Assembly (NCBI RefSeq): GCF_963921235.1 | Contig: NC_086108.1 | Location: 22,382,001-22,446,000, forward strand | Reading direction: 5' to 3' | DNA from: Mobula hypostoma | Taxonomy: Eukaryota | DNA length: 64,000 bases | Shown here: positions 35,395 through 47,092 of the stretch, piece by piece | How positions within the stretch are numbered: position 1 is the first letter of the stretch | Layout of the letters: every line of letters begins with the position of its first letter | Notes under the pieces: generated by a model | The model's database searches: none | What the model was told of the DNA's origin: nothing | The model's input: the letters and a program-made list of their open reading frames with translations, nothing else | Translations under genes and position numbers: made by a program

Positions 35395-38380
35395 GAGTCA
35401 GAATCAGGTTTAATTTCATTGGCATATGTCATGAAATTTGTTGTTTTGCGGCAACAGTATATTGCAATATATACAAACGTAGTAATAAAAATGATAGATC
35501 AATACATTACAATGAGAAGAATATATACTTAATTAAATAAGTTGTGCAAAATGAGAGGGGAGAAAATAGAATACTGAAGAAGGTTTCGTGGGTTCATTGT
35601 CCATTCAGAAATCTGATGGCGGAAGGGAAGAAGCTGTTCCTGAAATGTTGAGTCTGTGTCTTCAGGCTCCCCTACCACCAACTTGATGGCAGCAATAGTC
35701 CTGGTTGATGGGGTCCTTAATGATGGATACCAGCTTTCTGAGCCATTGCCTTTTGAGGGTGTCCTGGACACTGGGGAGGCTGTGCTCATGATGGAGCTGG
35801 CTGAGTTTCCAGCTTTCTGCATCTTTTTTAGATCCTGTGAGATGGCATTTCCATACCAGGCGGTGATGCAACCAGTTAGAATGCTCTCCACAGTACACCT
35901 GTAGAAATTTGAGAGTGTTTTTGGTGACGTGCCAATTCTCCTCAAACTCCTGAAATATAGTCACCATCGTGCCCTTTTTGTAATTGTATTAATATTTTTG
36001 GCCGAGGATAGATCTTCAGGGATGTTGACATCCAGTAAGTTGGAACTGCTCACTCTTTCCACTTCTGATCCCTCAATGAGGACTGGCGTGTGTTCCTTCA
36101 GCTTCCCTTCCTGAAGTCCACAATCAGTTCTTCGGTCTTATTGAACATTGAGTGCACGAACGTTGCTGCAACACCACTCAACCAGCTGATCTATCTAGCT
36201 CCTGTATGCCTTCTCATCACCATCTGAAATTATGCCAATAATTGTTATGTCATCAGCAAAATTTATACATGCTGCTTGAGATGTACGTAGCCACGCATTT
36301 GTGGGTGTAGAGAGTAGAACAGTGGGCTAACCTGGCACCCTTGAGGTGCACGAGTATAAACTATCAGCAAGGAGATGTTATTTCTGATCTACACGGACTG
36401 TGATCTTCTGGTGAGGAAGGTAAGGATCCAGTTCCAGAGGGAGGTACAGATGCCCAAGTCTTGGAGCTTTTTGATTAGAACTGAGGGTATGATTGTGTTG
36501 AATGCTGTAGCTGTACCTAAGTTTCTATATTTATTTCAAGCATTGCCAATTTTTATTCCAAAATCCTTTTTTGATAATGTTGATTCAAAAATTTCCTCAT
36601 ACCTGTGGCAGAATAAAAATCCTAGATTAGGTAAAAGACACTTACAGAAGCCCAGAAAGGAGGGTGGCTTAGCATTGCCAAACTTTAGATTCTACTATTG
36701 GGCGATTAATATTCATTATTTAAAATTTTGGACATGGAATTGGGATACAGTTTCAAGTCCACTATGGGTTAATCTTGAATGTAATTCTGTTTCAGGATTT
36801 TCATTGGGTTCTATTTTAGGGACCCCACTTCCTTTTGACTTTTCTAAACTGGACAAACAAATGGATAACCCAATAGTTAAATATACTCTTCGAATATGGT
36901 TTCAGTTTTGAAAATTTTTTGGACTGAATCAATTCATTTTAACTAGCCCTATTATATCTAATTTTCTTTTTCAACCTTCCTTTTTGGATCAAGCATATTT
37001 GGTTTGGAAAACAAAGGGTATAATATGTTTTTCTGATTTATTTTCAGATAATTGTTTTATGTCTTTTGAACAATTATCTAATAAATATAATTTACCTAGA
37101 TCACATTTTTTTTAGCTATCTACAGATCAGAAACTTTTTAAATACTGTTCTTACTACCTTTCCGATTTCATATTCTCTTGATATATTGGAAAAAATTTTG
37201 GATTTAAACCTTTTTCAGAAAGGTTCAATAGCAATTATTTATAATATGATAAGGAAAATAAATCCAGATGTTTCCAATACAATTAAGAATGACAGGGAAA
37301 GGGAACTTAAGCTTACCTTACCTACTGAGAAATGGCAAAAATTTTTTCAATTAGTTAATTCTTCCTCTATTTGTGCTAAACATGCATTGATACAGTTTAA
37401 AGTTGTACATAGGACTTATATGTCTAAGGATAAATTAGCTTGTCATTACTCTCATATAAACCCTGTATGTGATAGATGTCATTCAGAGATAGCCTCATTA
37501 ACTCATATGTTTTGGTCTTGCCCTTTATTGAAGAAATATTGGGACGATATTTTTGATATTATTTCCACTGTTTTGAACATTGATTTACAACCTCATCCTT
37601 TTACTGCTGTTTTTGGTTTACCAATGATTGAAAAACATCTCTTGACCCTTTCAGTTTGTCAGATGATCGCTTTTGTTACTTTAATGGCTAGAAGATCTAT
37701 ACTATTGAATTGAAAAGAGATTAATCCTCCTACAACATTTCATTGATTTTCTCAAGCTATATCTTGTTTAAATCTAGAAAAAATTAGAAGTGTTATTTTT
37801 GACCCATCTATTAAATTTGATGAGACTTGGAGACCATTTATTCAATACTTCCACATGATGTAATCTGTCCCTTGTCAATCTATCTTGTGATTTCAATATA
37901 TGGGGAGAGGAGCGGAAGTGGTGACACTATTGGTTCTATCTGAGATATCATAATAGCCCTTTCTTTTCTTTTTTTCCATAGTTTTCTTTAGTTTGGGTAT
38001 TTTTTTAGGGTTTTTTTTTCTTTTTCTCTTTTTACGATATTTTATATTTTATGTATACTCTTTCTATTTTTTTGTTAATCTGTCTGATTTTGGGATGTTT
38101 CTAACTATTTGCTACCTGACTGTAAACTTTAATAATTATTATCAATTAACACAATCCCAGTTATTACGTACTTTTTTGTAACGTGTTTGTTCTTGAATCT
38201 AATAAAAAGATTGAAAAAGAAAAGAATGCTGTAGCTGTATTCAATGAACAGCAGGCTGACATGAGCATTACTACTGTTCAGGTGATCCACAGTCAAGTGA
38301 AGAGCCAGTGATACTGCAATGCTATAGACCACTGTAGCATTAAGCAAACTGCAGTGGGTCCAGTTCCTTGCTTCTGGCCA
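35395..38380 (-). mobile_element. Rex1/Babar LINE split by an L1 insertion
   Basis: FYRCTVESILTGCITAWYG (35529-35945); the Rex sequence resumes at 38240 (ALHLTVDHL...VSLLFIEYS). Confidence 0.85.
36516..38223 (+). mobile_element. L1-clade LINE, 5'-truncated ORF2 C-terminus with poly(A)-like end
   Basis: [25 protein letters not shown] and zinc knuckle CDRC...HMFWSC; aataaa plus A-rich tail; 16-bp TSD gaatgctgtagctgta at 36500-36515 and 38224-38239. Confidence 0.95.
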
Positions 38381-38397
38381 TTGTTCAGGCATCTTTG

Positions 38398-38716
38398 GGA
38401 GTTAGGGTATACAGCAAATATTAATTTCACCAGCAACCAATCTTCAGATTTCAATGTGGATTGCAGATTAGATTCAAAACACAGCTCAGAACAATTAGAC
38501 CTCAGACGCCTGCACATGCGGCCCAGTGTCAGTGGAGGTCAACAGTCACTTTGGGTGTCTGGAGTGTGGGTGCAAAGAAGGTGGTGTGTGATAACCATAT
38601 GTAATTCAAAGGAAGCATTGCAGATAGATTGTAACCAGAGAATTATCCTGCTGTTACTTTTGATCTTTAGCATATAAGAATATCACGTAATATTGGGTTG
38701 AGAGGCCTCTCCTTAC
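38398..38716 (+). repeat. Unclassified ~320-bp element, copy 1
   Basis: Colinear with 44427-44771. Confidence 0.85.
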
Positions 38717-39019
38717 GATTCTGTGGTTGTGTTGGAAGCTCTGTGGAGTGGGTGATTATAGTGGCAATTCCACGTGCTGCAGGTGATGAAGGAGCAAAAT
38801 TTCTCATTAAGCCATATTTAAGCCTTATGCTAATGGTACATATGCAAACCAAATCTCATTCATCCACACAAGGCAGTTTTGCATACAATCTACCTCTATT
38901 TTTATACCCACATCTATTTATTCTTTTCTCTGTCCCATATATTTTAGATTTCTGCATCTTTATGCCAACACTCTGCTTTTCTCTCTTGCTATCTACTCAA
39001 AAAGACACAAAAATATATG

Positions 39020-39959
39020 CAACACACACACACACACACAAAATGCTGGTGGACACAGCAGGCCAGGCAGCATCTATAGGAAGAGGTACAGTCGACGTTT
39101 CAGGCCGAGAACTTTTATCAGGACTAACTGAAAGAAGAGATGGTAAGAGATTTGAAAGTGGGAGGGGGAGGGGGAGATCCAAAATGATTGCGGGTTTTAT
39201 AGTAAGGTTAGGATTGGTGCGGAGGGAGTGGAGAACAGAGCGTTCCGAAGGAGTGGGGTTGGAATTGGAACAAGGTGTGGTGAAGTCGAGACGTTTGATG
39301 TCCTGTCGGCAGTTAGCAATAAACAGATCCAGAGCAGGCAGAAGACCAGAGCGGGGTGTCCTTGAAGGTGGAAGAAGGGGTCATCGGTGGGGGCGGAAGA
39401 GTCCTTGCCGAAGAAGTAGGCTCGAAGACGGAGCCGGTGGAAGAAGAGTTCAGTGTCATGGTGTACGCGGAACTCACTGAGATGTGGGTGAAGGGGGACA
39501 AAGGTAAGGCCTTTACTGAGGACAGAGCATTCTGCCCCAGAGAGTGGAAGGTTGGAGAGGATAGTAAAGACCCGGCACGGATGAGAGCTGGGATCAGAGG
39601 GGGGAGGCAGAGGGAGGCTGGTGGTGTCAGTAGAGAGGGGAGGATTGGGGTGAGAGGAAGATGGAGCCTCTGAGGGCCCAGGAGCTGACGGTGGGATCTG
39701 AGGGAGACGGGGCTGCAGAGTGGTGGTGGGGGAAGGGGAGACGGGAGTCACAATAGCAGCACGTGAAGACCTGGCCTGGAGTTCAAGGCTGGAGTCGCAG
39801 TTGGTGTTTGCGCAATCGCTTTGAAGGTGTCCATGGTCATTGCTGGAGTCCGGGTTTTGAATATGCCCTGAGGTGTTGGAGCCACTGAGATTGATTTCGT
39901 CAGAGCTGGCAGGCTCTGGGGCCTGTGGATGTAAGATCTTGCGATCCTTGTCTAACATG
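39020..39959 (-). mobile_element. Internally deleted Penelope element (ORF N-terminus fused to the pLTR)
   Basis: SVLSKGLTFVP...FFHRLRLRAYF joined to the pLTR near 39190; 13-bp TSD acaaaaatatatg at 39007-39019 and 39960-39972. Confidence 0.85.
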
Positions 39960-40345
39960 ACAAAAATATATGTACAGAATATGTAAATGCTGTACAGTAA
40001 AGAGCATTTGAACTTTATATTCATGCATTTGTATACTGTTCCCATTGAGTCGTTAGTTAGTGAGTTATCCAGCTTAGAATGAGGTCATTTGGCCTGTTTG
40101 GCTTATGCCAGCTATTTGAATGTGTTATTCGATTGGTCTCATTCCCCTCTGTTTCCCCGTATCCTTGCAGAATCCTCCATTATTTGTGTAATTCTGCTTT
40201 GAAAGTTGGTATTAAATCTGCTTTTGCCCATCTTTAAGGCCCTGGAGAGGATGCAAAGAAAATCTGCAAAATCTGATTTTAAAAGTGTGAATTGATATAT
40301 CATAGGTCTGGTTTAAGTAGGGAACAGCAAAACAACAAAAATTGT

Positions 40346-40379
40346 GTCCTGACGAAGGGTCTCGGCCTGAAACGTCGAC
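40346..40379 (+). ncRNA. Minimal type I hammerhead ribozyme with intact core
   Basis: gtc-CTGACGA-agggtctcggcct-GAAA-cGTC-gac; predicted cleavage after 40376. Confidence 0.8.
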
Positions 40380-40481
40380 TGCACCTCTTCCTAGAGATGC
40401 TGCCTGGCCTGCTGCGTTCACCAGCAACTTTTATGTGTGTTGCTTGAATTTCCAGCATCTGCAGAATTCCGGTTGTTTGCG
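40346..40481 (+). mobile_element. 136-bp Penelope pLTR-only insertion
   Basis: 12-bp TSD aacaaaaattgt at 40334-40345 and 40482-40493. Confidence 0.9.
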
Positions 40482-40656
40482 AACAAAAATTGTAGTTACC
40501 TTAAATCTGAATTTGAATTTAAATCTGTGGTTCTATTTGTGTCAGATAGTGTCTGTGGAGAGAAGCACAGAGTTAATGAGATCAGTAACCCTTTGTCAGA
40601 AATGCACTCAGTGGCCACTTTATTAGATACTTCTTGTACCTTTTGCTTCTATAGCC

Positions 40657-41871
40657 CAGGGGTCCCCAACCTTTTTTTGCACTGCGGACTGGTTTCATAT
40701 TGACAATATTCTTGCGGACCGGCCGACCGGTGGGGGCGGGGGGTGGTGGAGGGTAGGGTTGCCAACGGACAAGAGTAGCAGTCAAATACGTTGGGTTTAC
40801 CCAGAGAAAGACTACAATGACCATGAAGCCTTGCGCGGGCACAAGTGCGCATGCATGACTTGTACATTCGTGTACGTGCCGATTTTTTTCTACAAATCGC
40901 TTTTGCCGATTCTGTTCGGGGGTGGGGTGTTAATCACGACCGGAATATAGGTGATAAGTGGCTAATACACTCACTTTCGTTTCTAAAAGGGTTTATCTAA
41001 TGAATTTAATATTAAACACACAGCACGTATTTTCCTCACATGAATATAGTGATAAGTCAATTACCAGGGGAGGACAGGGGAGCTTGAAGTAAGTGTTGAA
41101 AGAACTTCCAGTAGAAGTGGTAGAGGCAGATTCGATATTATCACTTAAAGAAAAATTGGATAGGTATATGGACAGGAAAGGAATGGAGGGTTATGGGCTG
41201 AGTGCAGATCGGTGGGATTAAGTGAGAGTAGCGTTCGGCACTGACTAGAAGGGCAGAGATCGCTTGTTTCCGTGCTGTAATTGTTATATGGTGATATGGT
41301 TATATAAGTCAATAGCATCATAACATTTTAAGTAACGTTTGGATATTAAACACATAGCATGTATTTTCCCCATATGAACATATAAAATCATTGCAACACA
41401 CCAGTATCGCTGAATCAGTGGGAGTCCTGGGCTTGTTTCCCTGCAACAAGACGGTCCCATCGAGGGGTGATGGGAGACAGCGATACTCGAAGGAGGTTCC
41501 TTATGTCCAGTCTATTCTGCAATTTAGTTTTCGTTGCATTCATTGCAGAGATATGTTGGAAATGGAAGTAACGTTTTCAGTGCTTTTGTGGCTATCTCAG
41601 GATATTTAGCCTTGACTTTGATCCAGAATGCCGGAAGAGATGTTATGTCAAACATACTTTTCAGCCCGCCATCATTTGCAAGCTCGAGGAGTTGATCTCC
41701 TTCCCGCGCTGAAGTGGATGATGCGCAGGTAATGACCTCGCGTGCGTTCAAGCTCAACAGTGGGTGTGACAGGGAATGAGGAAAGGTGCAGCTGACTCAT
41801 ATCGTCAAATCATATCGTTTCCTCGCGGCCCGGTAGCGCATGCTCTGCGGCCCGGTGGTTGGGGACCGCTG
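40657..41871 (-). mobile_element. hAT (Charlie-type) non-autonomous DNA transposon
   Basis: TIRs caggggtccccaacc and ggttggggaccgctg; 8-bp TSD ctatagcc at 40649-40656 and 41872-41879; dimerisation-domain remnant FWIKVKAKYPEIATKALKTLLPFPTYLC. Confidence 0.93.
41062..41303 (+). mobile_element. CR1 3' tail inside the hAT element
   Basis: Matches the 3' end of the 2700-4286 CR1 family; TSD ataagtcaat at 41052-41061 and 41304-41313. Confidence 0.85.
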
Positions 41872-42329
41872 CTATAGCCCATAAACTTCAACAACCGACA
41901 TGTGTGTTCAGAGATGCTCTTCTGCACACCACTGTTGTTACGCATGGTTACTTGATCTACTGTTGCCTTCCTGTTAGCTTGAACTAGTCTGGTCATTGAC
42001 CTCTGTCATTAACAAGGCACTTTCACACACACTGCTCACTAGATGTTTTTTTATTTGTTTCTCTTACCATTCTTTGGAGACTGTTGTGCGTGAAAATTAC
42101 ATGAGATTGGTAGTTTCTGAGATACTCAAACCACCCCATCAGGCACCAACAATCATTCCAATGTCAAAGTCACTTAGATCATATTTCTTCCCCATTCTGA
42201 TGCTTGGTTTGAACAACAACTGAACCTCTTGGCCATTTCTACACGCTTTTATGCATTGAGTTGCTGCCACATGATTAGCTGATTAAATATTTGCATTAAC
42301 AAGCAGATGTACTGGAGTGCCTAATAAAC

Positions 42330-44100
42330 CTCACCCATATCTCCTCCATTTCCTACACATCTGCCATTACCCCATCCTCCCATGATCATAACAGGGATAG
42401 GGTTCCCTTTATCCTTAACAACCACCCCCCAAGTCTCTGTATGCAGTGCATCATATACAGTGAGGAGGAGAAGATGACGGCGCAACGGCAGCGCGCGCGG
42501 CCACTTCGGTGATGAATATCTGTTATCTGTCAAGTAGGGGACTGTGCACAATTCTGATTTTATGGAGACAGACGTGAGAGTACGGAGGAACATCTGGAAA
42601 ACTTCTGAAATGCCTGCTTCGCTGCCACTGCTATTGTGTGGTAACTGGAATCTCCGGAGCAGAAGGCCTTGAATCCTCGGCTTTGGGTGTTTCAGCGGCT
42701 GGGCGAGGTCGAAGGCGCTCGGGAGGCTGTATCGGAGAGGCTGGTCGGAGGCTCGAAGTTTTTGGACGGATGGACTCAGCGTCGGCTGTGGTCGGCTGCT
42801 TCCAAGGCGTCGGCAAGTTGATGGTGCCTGGAGGTTTATGGCAGGGAGTTTCTCTCTTTTGCCGCCTGCTATCGGGGACTCAGGAGTCGATCGACTCGGG
42901 ACTTTGAGACTTTTTTTTACTGTGCCTATGGTTCATTCTGCATCAAATTATGGAATTCCTTTGCACTGCTGTAACTATATGCTATAATTATGTGGTTCTG
43001 TCAGTGTTAGTCTTTGGTTTGTCCTGTTTTCTGTGATATCACTCCGGAGAAACATTGTATCATTTCTTAATGCATGTATGCATTTCTAAATGACAATAAA
43101 AGAGGACTGAGTGTTCTCATAATCTAATCTAATCATTTCCATAACTCCTGTCATCCCCAACGGGATCCTATCACTAAACATATCTTTCCCCCTCCTCGCC
43201 CCTCCTCCTGCTTTCAGTTGGGATTGCTCTCTATGTGACTCCCTTGTGCACTAGTTCCTTTCCGCTGATCTCCCTCTTGGCACTTATCCCTGCAAGTGGG
43301 ACAGATGCTACATGTTCTCCTACCCTCCTCCCTCACCACCATTCAGAGCCGCAAACAGTTCTTCCAGGTAAGGTGACACTTCACCTGGATGTCTGTTGGG
43401 GACATCGGTTATATCCATTGTTCCCAGTGTCGCCTCCTCTATAGACCCGACATAGATCAGGGGACTACTTTGTCAAGCAACTTTGCTCTGTCCATCGCCA
43501 AGAGCAGGATATATTGGTGGCTACTGATTTCAATTCGATTTCTCATCCCCTTTCTGATATGTCTATCCATGGCCTCCTCTACTGACATAATGAGGCCTCT
43601 GTCAGGCTGGAGAAGCAACACCTCACATTCTGTTCCAGGCAGCCTCCAACTTGGATGGCATGAACATCGCTTTCTCCAACTTCTGTTAATTTCTTCTCCC
43701 CTCCTCCCTTCTCTCTTTTTGCCATTCCCCATTCTGGTTACCCTCTCTATCCCTTCTCTTCTCCTCAGCTTCCTATCACCTCCCTCTGGTTCCCCTCCTC
43801 CCCTTTCTTCCACAATGCACTGTGCTCTCCTTTAGCCCTTTATCTCTTCCATTTATCACCCCCCTCCCCAGCTCCTTACTTCATCACTTTTCCCCACACA
43901 CCCACCTTTCCCCTCACCTGGTCTGGTCCATCACCTGCCAGCTTCTACTCTTCCTCTCACTCCCCCCCTCAGCTTCGTATCCTGGTTTCCAGTCCCGATG
44001 AAGGGCCTCAGCTCGAAACATCGCCTGTTTATTCCCCTCCGTAGATGCTGCCTGACGTACTGAGTTCCTCCAGCATTTTATATGTGTGTTTGATTTCCAG
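42330..44100 (+). mobile_element. Penelope 3' part (RT C-terminus, GIY-YIG, pLTR), interrupted
   Basis: RDRVPFIL and GYIHCSQCRLLY; degenerate hammerhead at 43990-44027. Confidence 0.8.
42462..43134 (+). mobile_element. ~670-bp non-autonomous non-LTR element
   Basis: gaagatgacggcg 5' end, aataaa and (ctaat)n tail; homologous to 10176-10850. Confidence 0.8.
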
Positions 44101-44426
44101 AAAGAGGAATGGTTGAGATTCCGAAGGGGATGTGTACAATGTAGCTGAGACTGAGAGGGAATGGAAATTCAGATGGTGGGGGTTCCGCCTGAGCAAGGTG
44201 GTGAAGGCTTGTTAATTGTCGTTGATGAGCCTGGAGGACGTTCTAAGAGAATGGGATGAATGAAGACAGAGAGAAGTTAAAATAAAGAAAGCTAGAACTA
44301 TGCAGGACTAAACACAGTTTCTGGAAATCTAAATGAAAGAGAATGTTAAGAGGAAGGCAGGTAGCATTTCTGCATAGAAAATCTGATTGATATTGGTGAC
44401 TTTTCATCAGTGTTGGGGTGCATGCC

Positions 44427-44771
44427 GGAGTTAGGGTATCTAACAAGTATTAATTTCACCAGCAACCAATCTTCAAATTTGGATGTGGATTGCAGACTGG
44501 ATTTAAAACACAGCTCAGATTAATTAGACCTCAGACACTAGGCTGTATGTGAAGATTATCCATGCCATGTTAATCAGTGGAGATTAACATTCATATTGGG
44601 TGTCTGGAGTGTGGGAGCGAAGAAGGAGGTGTGAAAACGATATGTAATTCAAAGGAAGCATTGTACGTAGATACGTTGTAATGACAGAATTTCCCTGCAT
44701 TAGGGCGTTAGCCTTTGATCTCAAGCATATAAAAATATCATGTAATACTGAGCTGGAAGGCCTTTGCTTAC
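44427..44771 (+). repeat. Unclassified ~340-bp element, copy 2
   Basis: Colinear with 38398-38716. Confidence 0.85.
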
Positions 44772-44948
44772 AAAAGATTCTCAAGTAGCTGCCTGTTGTG
44801 CTGAATAAACTTCTAAATCCACTACCTTCAGTGTCTGACCAGTGACTTTGTTCACAATACAATAATCAGAACAGACCAGTTTTCACAAGAACAAATTGGA
44901 AAGGCTGGCTACCTGTCTTGCTGTTCCAGGATTTGACCAGGCAGCCAG

Positions 44949-45318
44949 ATGGAACTGGACTCTCTGATGGTGGTGTCTGAAAAGAGAATGCTGTCCAAGT
45001 TGCATGCCATCTTGGTCAATGTCTCCCATCCACTACATAATGTACTGGGTGGGCACAGGAGGACATTCAGCCAGAGACTCATTCCACCAAGATGCTACAC
45101 TGAGCGTCATATGAAGTCATTCCTGCCTGTGGCCATCAAACTCTACAACTCCTCCCTTGGAGGGTCAGACACCCTGAGCCAACAGGCTGGTCCTGGACTT
45201 ATTTCCTGACATAATTTACATATTACTATTTAACTATTTACGGTTTTATTACTATTTAATTATTTATGGTGCAACTGTAACGAAAACCAATTTCCCCCGG
45301 GATCAATAAAATATGACT
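44949..45318 (+). mobile_element. Rex1-like LINE 3' end
   Basis: ORF 44949-45209 is nearly identical to 32338-32709. Confidence 0.9.
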
Positions 45319-45429
45319 AAGATGTCTCAAAGGAGAGGTTTGATTTCGAGGTGATGTTGGTAGAGAACCAATGTAATTGCTGCAAAATTATCAGGTGTGT
45401 GAAATTGGTGACAATGGGGTATGAAACAT

Positions 45430-45900
45430 CATTGAATTCCCAGTTAACGTTCCTGACTTCATCATCCCTGAGGCCTGACATGATCATTCTGTCAGAAACC
45501 TTGAAGCAACTGACAGTGCCTTGGGAAGACCAGATTGAGGAGGCGTTTGAGTATAAGAAAGCCAAATCCCAGGAGCTGGTAGGGCAGTGCCAGAGACCGG
45601 GGTGGAGGGCATGATGTGAGCATGTAGAGGTGGGGTGGGGTGTAGATGTTTTGCTGGCTGCTCGCTCTGGAATTATGGGGTTGCAAAGAAAGGAGCCTTC
45701 AGGACCGTCACAGGGGCTGCTGAACGAGCCTCCACATGGCCATGGATCAAGAGGTGTGACCCGTGGACCAATGCTGCTGGGGTCTGATCAACCTGGGCGA
45801 AGGTGTCTGATGTTGAAACACCCAATGACCCCAGGTCACATCGGTCATGATGTGTCCCAGAGTATCCTAGGATGTAGCTCAGTGTCATTAATTCCCATAA
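45430..45900 (+). mobile_element. HERO-like (restriction-like endonuclease) non-LTR retrotransposon 3' end
   Basis: SLRPDMIILSETLKQLTVPWEDQIEEAFEYKKAK: an RPD...LTVPWE...K.AK RLE motif. Confidence 0.75.
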
Positions 45901-46545
45901 TGCTAGCACACAGGCACAAGCATTTAAGTGCTCTGGTAAACTAATTTACATTTCATACAAAGAGAATTTTATTGGCATAAAGAAAGCTGCATTCCTTTGT
46001 ATTTTGGATACTGTTCATGACAGTGTGCATGTAAAGAGTAACTAAACTATCACAGGTGAGAGGAATAACAGATTTCTCTTGAATTATTACAGGGATGAAA
46101 CTTAAAGCTGCAATTTTTACCAGTAATTCATCAGAGCAAGCTTGATTCTCTTTGGATGGACCCTTAAGTATTAATGGCCTTGGCTGTAAAAATTGCAAAC
46201 ATCTGGCACACTAATGAATTCATCACTCACTGCAAGAACCTCTGTGAAGAAAATTTTCTTATTCTCTTTCTGTACATGGTGAAGGAGCTGCCTGCCGGGG
46301 CGAGAGAGGCCGAAACATTCCTTTCAAACCCGTCTGAATAAAGCCAAGGAATTCTTGGGGAAAGTCAAGTTTAGGGGAGGCAGGATGGTGGAAATGTGAT
46401 GCTTTGGCTCCAGTAAACTAAATCTTACAGGCCAGACATATTTGGTATCATAGTATGCGCCGGACTACAGGGGCTCAGTATTTTTGCCTTGTCACTATTC
46501 AGACAAGGTCAGTATTTGAGATGAGATTCAATCGTTTTAGGGGGC

Positions 46546-47069
46546 TGTAATGCGAGGGGTTAGCTTACTTGCCAGTCAGAAGCCACTTTTCCTGTGGTGG
46601 GTGCCGATTGACCTGTTCCGCTGTATGCAGATGCTGTCTCCCTTTGGCTGGCTTTTGCACCACTGCATCAGCTTCTGGTTTCGGGCATGCCAGGGGTATT
46701 AGAACAGTGTGCACAAGACAGTCTGTCTCTTAGCTAGGGGCTCCCTTCAGGCTGGGCCTGAAGAACCATTGGGAAAGTGTGTTGTCGAAGGAGGGCCCAT
46801 GTACACACTTAGCTGAGTACCTGTTTGTTGGAAGTTTAGCGTCTTTGTAACTTGAGATTTAAGGAAGTACCTTTTTGAGTTAGAAATGTTATTGAATGTT
46901 TAGTGCTATAGTTTTGTGACCTGGAGGGTGGGCCTAGATAAGAACTTGTTTGACTTGGCTGCTCGGTTGTGTTTCACAGTTTGCCTGTAACTGAACAGTT
47001 AATGTGCTTACTCACAGTAGGTGTCTTCTCTTCCGCTTACCTAATCTGTGAATATGCTTTTGCATAACA
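46546..47069 (+). mobile_element. Retroviral LTR (524 bp)
   Basis: TGTAATGC...GCATAACA (7/8 inverted repeat); preceded by agggggc and followed by a PBS. Confidence 0.8.
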
Positions 47070-47071
47070 TA

Positions 47072-47092
47072 TGGCATAGTTGACAGGGTTCG
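47072..47092 (+). promoter_or_regulatory. Primer-binding site, tRNA-Ser-like
   Basis: TGGCATAGTTGACAGGGTTCG versus the recalled tRNA-Ser complement TGGCGTAGTCGGCAGGATTCG (17/21, all transitions); starts after a 2-nt spacer following the LTR. Confidence 0.75.

Larger units (their letters stand above)
40605..42328 (-). mobile_element. Non-autonomous Tc1-like element hosting a hAT insertion
   Basis: TIR cactcagtggccactttattag and partial right TIR ctaataaa; transposase remnant RLVQANRKATVDQVT...KFMGYSS. Confidence 0.8.
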
